Assembly (NCBI GenBank): GCA_050264615.1
Contig: JBLNGI010000198.1
Location: 1,172-65,171, forward strand
Origin: Gemmatimonadota bacterium
GTDB taxonomy: Bacteria; Gemmatimonadota; Gemmatimonadetes; Gemmatimonadales; GWC2-71-9
Reading direction: 5' to 3'
Length of the DNA: 64,000 bases
The position numbers and the translations under genes were made by a program. Positions 58,394-64,000 of this stretch are shown piece after piece (positions within the stretch are counted from its first letter, which is position 1; each line of letters begins with the position of its first letter). The notes beneath the pieces are model-generated. The model saw nothing but the letters and a program-made list of their open reading frames with translations. It made no database searches and had not been told where the DNA came from.

Positions 58394-59070
58394 GACGACA
58401 CGGCCGCACCCCGGCCCCGGTAGGGATGGCACTCACTGGTACGCTGTTTGTACACAGCGTGGTGGGCCTGTTGCTGTTCTCGTCGCCATCGGCGCATCGG
58501 AAACTGCCCCCGACCTACACCGTCCGGCTGATCGCGGCGCCGGCTGCCGATCTCGAGCAGCGCAAGGCCCCCGAGGCGCTCGAGCGTCCGGCGGAGGAAA
58601 AGCCGGCGCCCGCCGCTACGAAGGCGCCGCGCAGCACCGTCTCACGGGCCACGCCACCACCGACGCGCGATCAGACCAAGCGGGAAGCCGCGCCGCGCAC
58701 CACGCCGACCACGCAGCCGCTGCCGGGAGAACGGCCCTCGACCGGGAACGACATCGCCACCGTGAGCACCGAAGGAATCGCATTTCCGTTCCCGGAGTAT
58801 CTGCAGAACATCGTGTCGCAGGTGTTGCGCCGCTGGCAGCGCCCCGGCCAGAGCACCCCGCTCGAGGCGGAAGTGTCGTTCTTCGTGCATCGCGACGGCT
58901 CGGTGACGGATCTGCAGTTCATCCGGCGCTCGGGCAATTTCACGTTTGACCTCGAGGCGCAGGGGGCCGTCGAGGAGGCCGGCCGGTTCAAAGCGTTTGG
59001 CATGCTCCCGGACGGGTGGACCGCGGACGTGCTGTTTGTGCGTTTCTATTTTTCCGGGCAACGGCAATGA
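58390..59070 (+). CDS. TolA/TonB-like energy transducer
   Basis: ORF 58390-59070. N-terminal TM, Pro/Ala/Lys-rich spacer and TonB_C-like end (EAEVSFFVHRDGSVTDLQFIRRSG). Confidence 0.75.
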   Translation: MRRHGRTPAPVGMALTGTLFVHSVVGLLLFSSPSAHRKLPPTYTVRLIAAPAADLEQRKAPEALERPAEEKPAPAATKAPRSTVSRATPPPTRDQTKREAAPRTTPTTQPLPGERPSTGNDIATVSTEGIAFPFPEYLQNIVSQVLRRWQRPGQSTPLEAEVSFFVHRDGSVTDLQFIRRSGNFTFDLEAQGAVEEAGRFKAFGMLPDGWTADVLFVRFYFSGQRQ

Positions 59071-60497
59071 CGGCCCGACGGCCGGACGGCCGGACGGCCG
59101 GAATTGTCGCGGTGTTGTTGCTGGCCGTCGGGCCGTCGGGCCGTCCGGCCGCCGCTCAGGACACCTCGGCCATCGATCGCGGCGTCCGCATCGGCATCGT
59201 CTACCGTCCTGGCGTGCGGCCCGGCCTCGTGATGCTGCCCCGGAGCGGTGGCGGCACGGGACTCGATTCCGTCCGCGCGATGATTACGCGCGATCTCGAC
59301 TACAGCGACCGCTTCGAAATCATCACCCTGCCCGGCGGCGACTCGATCCGCTTCGCGACATCGTCCTCGCCGACGCGGAACCCGCCCCCGGCGTCGCGAC
59401 GCTCCTCCTCGGCGGGAACCTCGCGCGCCGCGCCCGCGAATCCCGGAGGACTCAACTATCCGCTGTATCAAGCCCTGGGCGCCGATTTCGCGCTCGACGT
59501 TACGCGCACCGGCGACACCACGCTCGCGACGCTGCACGACGTCGGCGCTGCGGACGTCCGGCGTACGCTCCGCGCCGCCTTGCCGCCCCCCACGAGTGCC
59601 GATTACCGGCAGGCAGTGCATCGCCTGGGCGACCAGGTCGTCCAGGCCGCGCTCGGCATCGCCGGCATCGGGGCGACGCGGGTGTTATTCGTCCGGGAGG
59701 GAAAGGTGTATCAGATCGACCAGGACGGCGCCGAGCAGAAGCTCGTGTCCTCGACCAACCGGCAGGCCATGTCGCCGGCGTGGGCCGCCGACGGCCGGCA
59801 CTTCGCGTACATGGAATTCCAAGCGGGAAAAGGTTGGCTCTATCTGCAGGATATGGCGACCGGCAAGCGCATCCCGGTCTCGACGACCGGAACGGCCCTC
59901 GACTTCACCCCCGCGTTTTCGCCGGATCAGCAGACGATGGCGTTCAGTCGCGCCACGGAGGAAGGCACCGATCTGTACTCGATTAACATCAGGAGCAACT
60001 GTTGTTTACGCCGCTTGACCGTGGGGCGCTTTTCAGACAACTTGTCCCCGACGTTCAGCCCTGACGGGCAGCGCATTGCCTTTGTCTCGACGCGCCCGGG
60101 TCTGCCGCAGATCTATGTGATGGCGGCGGATGGAACGGACCAGCAGTTGTTCGCCCCATTCGATTACGGCGTGACCGGGTCGTCGAATGCGCCGGAGTGG
60201 TCGCCCGACGGGCAGTCGGTGGCGTTTCACCGGGATGTGGCGGGCACACTACAGGTGTTCGTGCTGGATGTGCGGACGCGGACCGTCCGGCAGCTCACCT
60301 CGGTGGGGCGTAACGAGGATCCGACCTGGGCCCCCGACAGCCGTCATCTCGCCTTCGTGTCCGACCGCTCGGGCTACCGTCAGTTGTGGATTATCGATCT
60401 TGACACCGGCCGAATCCGGCCGCTGCTGCAGCAGAGCGGTGCGCGTTTGCCGGCCTGGTCTCCACGGCTTTCGGAGGCTACTTCAACCACCCCATGA
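59067..60497 (+). CDS. tolB: Tol-Pal system beta-propeller protein TolB
   Basis: ATG 59067 (ATGA overlap) inside tracked ORF 59016-60497. Repeated WD40-like PD40 units (PAWAADGRHFAY, PTFSPDGQRIAF, PEWSPDGQSVAF, PTWAPDSRHLAF). Confidence 0.85.
   Translation: MTARRPDGRTAGIVAVLLLAVGPSGRPAAAQDTSAIDRGVRIGIVYRPGVRPGLVMLPRSGGGTGLDSVRAMITRDLDYSDRFEIITLPGGDSIRFATSSSPTRNPPPASRRSSSAGTSRAAPANPGGLNYPLYQALGADFALDVTRTGDTTLATLHDVGAADVRRTLRAALPPPTSADYRQAVHRLGDQVVQAALGIAGIGATRVLFVREGKVYQIDQDGAEQKLVSSTNRQAMSPAWAADGRHFAYMEFQAGKGWLYLQDMATGKRIPVSTTGTALDFTPAFSPDQQTMAFSRATEEGTDLYSINIRSNCCLRRLTVGRFSDNLSPTFSPDGQRIAFVSTRPGLPQIYVMAADGTDQQLFAPFDYGVTGSSNAPEWSPDGQSVAFHRDVAGTLQVFVLDVRTRTVRQLTSVGRNEDPTWAPDSRHLAFVSDRSGYRQLWIIDLDTGRIRPLLQQSGARLPAWSPRLSEATSTTP
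59069..59151. repeat. octamer array palindrome at the tolA-like/tolB junction
   Basis: Four tandem GACGGCC(C/G) units at 59069-59100, then a 21-nt spacer. Three inverted units follow: TGGCCGTC, GGGCCGTC and GGGCCGTC (59122-59145), then CGGCCG. The array starts 2 nt after the tolB ATG. Confidence 0.7.
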
Positions 60498-60511
60498 TCG
60501 GGAGAGTTCGG

Positions 60512-61129
60512 ATGAAATCGGTATCGTTGCTCCTCATGCTCGGCTTGAGCGTCGCGACCGTCATGAGCGCGTGCGGCAAGAAAGCCGCCCCGGAGCAAAC
60601 GGCGCCAGCGGTCGACACCGCGGCCGAGAACCAGCGGGTGCGCGATTCCATCGCCGCGGCACAGGCTGAAGCCGACCGCCTGGCGCGCGAGGAAGCGGAA
60701 CGGATCGCGCGGCAGCGGGAAGCGGATTCGCTTGCGGCGCTGAGCCGCTCCGCGGAAGAAGTCCGCAACATGCTGGCGTCGATGATTCACTTCGACTACG
60801 ACAAGTCGAACATCCGTCCCGACGACATGGGCGCGCTGGATCAGAAGGTCGCGATCCTCCAGGCCAATCCCGATCTGCGGATCCGCGTCGGCGGGCACTG
60901 CGACGAGCGCGGCTCGGACGAGTACAACCTGGCGCTCGGCAACCGGCGGGCGCAGGCGGCCAAGCAGTATCTCGTGAGCCACGGCATCGATGCCAGCCGC
61001 ATCGAGACCCAGTCGTGGGGCGAGGAGCGGCCGCTGGTGGACGGGCACGATGAGGGCGCCTGGTCGCAGAACCGCCGGGCCGAGTTCGAAGTGACGGCCG
61101 GTGGTGATAATCTCCGCCGCCCGTCGTAA
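60512..61129 (+). CDS. pal: peptidoglycan-associated lipoprotein (OmpA family)
   Basis: Tracked ORF 60494-61129. ATG 60512 gives MKSVSLLLMLGLSVATVMSAC (lipobox). OmpA_C motifs are GHCDERGSDEYNLALGNRRA and NRRAEF. Confidence 0.88.
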   Translation: MKSVSLLLMLGLSVATVMSACGKKAAPEQTAPAVDTAAENQRVRDSIAAAQAEADRLAREEAERIARQREADSLAALSRSAEEVRNMLASMIHFDYDKSNIRPDDMGALDQKVAILQANPDLRIRVGGHCDERGSDEYNLALGNRRAQAAKQYLVSHGIDASRIETQSWGEERPLVDGHDEGAWSQNRRAEFEVTAGGDNLRRPS

Positions 61130-61880
61130 CGCGCTGCTGCTGAGCCTGGGGCTCACCGCCGGTTGCGCCCTCAAAGGCGACGTCCGGAAGGTCGAGCTCC
61201 AGGTGCAGACGCTGCAGGCGCAGCTCGCCAAGAGTGACACGGCACGGGCGGCGGAACAGGACACGGTCCTGGCCGCCGTTCGCCTGCTGCAGCAGGCCTT
61301 GGCCACCCAGCAGGCGTATCTCGTCCAGCTGCGCGGCGACTTGCGCACGGAGCTCATCTCCGTCCAGCAGCAGCTCGTGTCGGTGCAGGAATTGACCGGT
61401 CAGAGCCAGCAGCGTCTGACCGAGCTGCGGTCTCGGTTGGAAACCCGGTCGCAGCAGCCGGACCCCCATGCGGTCCCCGTGGGACCCTCCGGGAACCCGG
61501 CCGGCCCCGGGCCCGACCAGATGTACGATGCCTCGTTGCAGCAGTACCGGCGCGGCAGCACCGCCACGGCCCGCCTCGGCTTCCGCGAATTCCTGCGGGT
61601 GTACCCCACCGACGAGCGGGCTCCTGATGCGCTGTACTACGTGGGTGAGAGCTTCGAGCAGTCCGCGTCCGATTCGGCGGCCGCGGTGTACGATCAACTT
61701 GTGAAGGCCTATCCCAATTCCTCGCGCGCCCCCTCCGCGCTGTACAAGCTCGGCCGTCTCGCCGAGCAGCGGGGTGACCGCACCGCAGCGCGGAACTACT
61801 ACTCTCGCGTGATCGCCGGCTACCCGCGCTCACCCGAGGCCGATCTCGCGCGGCAGAATCAGCAACGCCTCCGGCCCTAG
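61101..61880 (+). CDS. cpoB: Tol-Pal system protein YbgF/CpoB
   Basis: ORF 61101-61880. Lipobox LGLTAGC, coiled-coil Gln/Leu-rich N-half and TPR C-half (YPTDERAPDALYYVGESF, YPNSSRAPSALYKLG). Confidence 0.75.
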   Translation: MVIISAARRNALLLSLGLTAGCALKGDVRKVELQVQTLQAQLAKSDTARAAEQDTVLAAVRLLQQALATQQAYLVQLRGDLRTELISVQQQLVSVQELTGQSQQRLTELRSRLETRSQQPDPHAVPVGPSGNPAGPGPDQMYDASLQQYRRGSTATARLGFREFLRVYPTDERAPDALYYVGESFEQSASDSAAAVYDQLVKAYPNSSRAPSALYKLGRLAEQRGDRTAARNYYSRVIAGYPRSPEADLARQNQQRLRP

Positions 61881-61908
61881 CCGGGGAGATCCAGTCGTAC
61901 CGCCGACG

Positions 61909-62640
61909 ATGCCACCACGCGGTGAGATGCCGTTCCTCGATCATCTCGAGGAGCTGCGCTGGCGCATCCTGTGGAGTTTGCTCGCGCTGGTCGTCGGCAC
62001 GATTGTGGGTTGGTTGCTGCTCGACCGCATCGACCTCATCGAGATCCTGAAGCGCCCGATCGCCCCCTACCTGCCCGGCGGGCGCCTCATCTTCACAAGT
62101 CCCGCCGAGCCGTTCATGCTCACGCTCAAGGTGGCGTTCGCGCTCGGCTGCCTGCTCGCCTCACCAGTCGTCATCTACCAGATCTGGGCGTTCCTCGCGC
62201 CGGCGCTGTACGAACGCGAGAAGAAGCTGATCCTGCCGGCACTGGCGGTGGGGGTCGTGCTGTTCCTCGGCGGTGCGATCGCCTGTTATGAGTGGCTGTT
62301 GCCCGCTGCGCTCAAGGTCTTGCTGAACTTTCAACGCACCGATCTGACCGCGATGATCACGATCGATCGCTATTTCGGCATGGCGGTCCCGTTCGTGATC
62401 GGCTGCGGCCTGGTCGCCGAGCTGCCGCTGGTCGTGACGATCCTGGCCGCGCTCGGGATCGTCACGCCGCAGTTTCTCGGCCGCCAGCGGCGCTATGCCA
62501 TCGTGATCGCCGCATTTCTCGCGGCGCTGCTCACGCCCCCGGACGCGGTCTCGATGCTGCTCATGCTCGGGCCGCTGCTGCTCCTGTATGAGGTCAGCAT
62601 CTGGTGCGCCTGGGTCGCGAGCCGGCGGCGCGCACGCCGG
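61909..62640 (+). CDS. tatC: Sec-independent translocase TatC (TatC-homologous part of an ORF that has no stop codon in this window)
   Basis: ATG 61909, not in the ORF track because the frame never closes. Contains MPPRGEMPFLDHLEELRWRIL, YQIWAFLAPALYEREKK and LLTPPDAVSMLLMLGPLLLLYEVSIW. Six TM segments. No stop after TM6. Confidence 0.85.
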
Positions 62641-64000
62641 ATCGCGGCGGCCGCGGTCGTGCTGCTCGTGTTGGGGATGGGGGGGATGGGGTCACTCCAG
62701 GCGCAGAATCCACCGCCGCCGCCGACGCCTCCACCCGGACAGCGTCCCGTTCAGCGCGACACACTGGCGGGACGGGGGGGGGGGGGCGGCCAGACCGTCG
62801 ATACCGCGACCGCTCGACGCTTGGGACTGCCCACCGCACCGACCCGCACGTTTCCCACCGCAGACCGCATCATCGACTCGCTGCTCAAGCTTGAGGGCTT
62901 TCGCGTCACGCGCTATGTCGCGGAAACGCTGGTCGTCGAGGGCGACAGCCAGACGATCTTTCTGCGCCGTGAGGCATTTGTGGAGCGCGAGGGCACCCAG
63001 CTGGAGGCCGACTCCATTCGCTACCACGAAGCGAGCTGCCGGCTCGATGCGGTGGGCGACCCGCATTTGTTCGACCAGGGCACCGTGCTGGTCGGGGATG
63101 GGATGCGCTACGACACGTGCGAGCGCCGCGGAACCGTGCGCGACGCGCTGACCGATTTCCAGCAGGGCGGAGCCAAGTGGTACGTGCGCGGCGACATCGC
63201 CGCGGACTCGGGAAATCGTCGCGTCTATGTCCACGAGGCCGAGTTCACCTCCGATCCGCAGCCGGTGCCCGACTATCACTTCGCCGCGGCACAGGTGAAA
63301 TGGATCAACAAGAGCACCATGGTGGCTCGGCCCGCGGTGCTGTACGTGCGAGACGTCCCGATCTTTTGGCTGCCGTTCATCTTTCAGGATATCCGGGGCG
63401 GCCGCCGCAGCGGCATCCTGTTTCCGCGCTTCGGCCTGAACGACATCGTGCGGCCCACGCGCACGTATTCGCGGCACATCACCGACTTCGGCTACTACTT
63501 CGCGGTCAATGATTACGTGGACGCCCTGGTCAGCGCCGACTGGTTCGCCGGGCGCAGCGCCTCGCTGCACGCCCAGGCGCAGTATCGCTGGATCGACCGG
63601 TTCATCACCGGACGGCTGAGCTACACCCAAACCAAGCAGCTCGATCAGCCGGCCACCAACAGCCGCATCGCCTGGAGCCACTCCCAGCGCTTCAATGCGA
63701 GCACCGACTTCAACGCCAGCATCGACTACATGACGAACGGACGGGTGGTCCAGCGCAATTCCATCGACCCCTATGAGGTGACGTCGACGGTCGGCTCGAC
63801 CGCGTCGTTCAATAAGCGGTTCTCGTGGGCGACGTTGAACATCGGCTTCAGCCGGCGTCAGGATTTGTCGTCGAACTTCACCGACCAGCAGTTCCCTGTC
63901 ATTACCTTGACCCCAACGACCGTCACGCTCGCACCGTGGCTCACCTGGTCGCCCGGCTTCACGTACACAAACTCGCAAAGCTTCAACAACCTCGGGCCCG
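62641..64000 (+). CDS. LptD/OstA-like outer-membrane protein region (same frame as tatC, 3' end outside window)
   Basis: Same frame, read manually with no stop to nt 64000. Signal-peptide-like RRRARR-IAAAAVVLLVLGMGGMG-SLQAQ, then a Pro-rich linker. OstA-N-like region EADSIRYHEASCRLDAVGDPHLFDQG. Barrel motifs ILFPRFGLND, GYYFAVNDYVDALVSADWF and QYRWIDRF. Confidence 0.6.
   Translation, partial: MAAAAVVLLVLGMGGMGSLQAQNPPPPPTPPPGQRPVQRDTLAGRGGGGGQTVDTATARRLGLPTAPTRTFPTADRIIDSLLKLEGFRVTRYVAETLVVEGDSQTIFLRREAFVEREGTQLEADSIRYHEASCRLDAVGDPHLFDQGTVLVGDGMRYDTCERRGTVRDALTDFQQGGAKWYVRGDIAADSGNRRVYVHEAEFTSDPQPVPDYHFAAAQVKWINKSTMVARPAVLYVRDVPIFWLPFIFQDIRGGRRSGILFPRFGLNDIVRPTRTYSRHITDFGYYFAVNDYVDALVSADWFAGRSASLHAQAQYRWIDRFITGRLSYTQTKQLDQPATNSRIAWSHSQRFNASTDFNASIDYMTNGRVVQRNSIDPYEVTSTVGSTASFNKRFSWATLNIGFSRRQDLSSNFTDQQFPVITLTPTTVTLAPWLTWSPGFTYTNSQSFNNLGP
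62774..62786 (+). repeat. 13-nt poly-G homopolymer
   Basis: Counted directly: GGA CGG GGG GGG GGG GGC GGC, encoding GRGGGGG in the linker between the signal-like segment and the OstA-like domain. Confidence 0.95.

Noticed and set aside
62774-62786. The poly-G tract as an assembly indel that artificially fuses tatC to the downstream gene
   Set aside because: This is not supported as the cause of the fusion. The signal-peptide-like segment upstream and the OstA/LptD-like domains downstream of the tract are in the same frame, and the missing stop lies upstream of the tract. The tract itself is still reported as a variable-length candidate.

Overview
High-GC (roughly 65-70%) bacterial chromosomal segment from a diderm organism, as shown by Tol-Pal, BamD and an LptD-like gene. 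The taxon cannot be fixed without a database search. About 70 protein genes are present and almost all lie on the + strand. Only a cupin gene, rpmB and tRNA-Leu(CAG) are on the - strand. Many neighbouring genes overlap by 1-8 nt (mostly ATGA/GTGA/TTGA), and some by tens of nt. In order, the content is as follows. A 2-oxoacid dehydrogenase E1alpha/E1beta/E2 operon, a PHP phosphoesterase, a Bcp-type peroxiredoxin, two SDRs and trxB. Then aspA, an Rrf2 regulator plus MoeB/ThiF-rhodanese, tRNA-Leu, smpB, an amidase and pyrD-pyrF. Then the ribosomal alpha operon (rpmJ-rpsM-rpsK-rpsD-rpoA-rplQ) and rpmB. Then a long nucleotide-sugar block (gmd, reductase, WbpA/B/E/D-like genes, ugd, UDP-xylose synthase, epimerase) with carB and murB embedded. 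Then TPR proteins, bamD, nadD, secA, radC, relA/spoT, uvrB, tsaE-tsaB-rimI, ssb, a LysM protein, hemA and galE. Last is a complete Tol-Pal cluster followed by tatC and an LptD-like gene. I saw no CRISPR array, transposase, integrase, prophage or recognisable defence system, so this is mostly core genome. Four observations seem most worth a second look. (1) The peroxiredoxin has an in-frame TGA exactly at the catalytic Cys position, making it a probable selenoprotein that the ORF track splits. (2) The tatC frame has no stop codon and runs through a signal-peptide-like linker, which contains a 13-G homopolymer, into the LptD-like gene. (3) GC-rich palindromic elements built from short heptamer/octamer repeats sit exactly at several gene junctions. 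(4) A small Cys-rich ORF is translationally coupled to a flippase-like membrane protein. All product calls come from reading motifs by eye; no database search was run.
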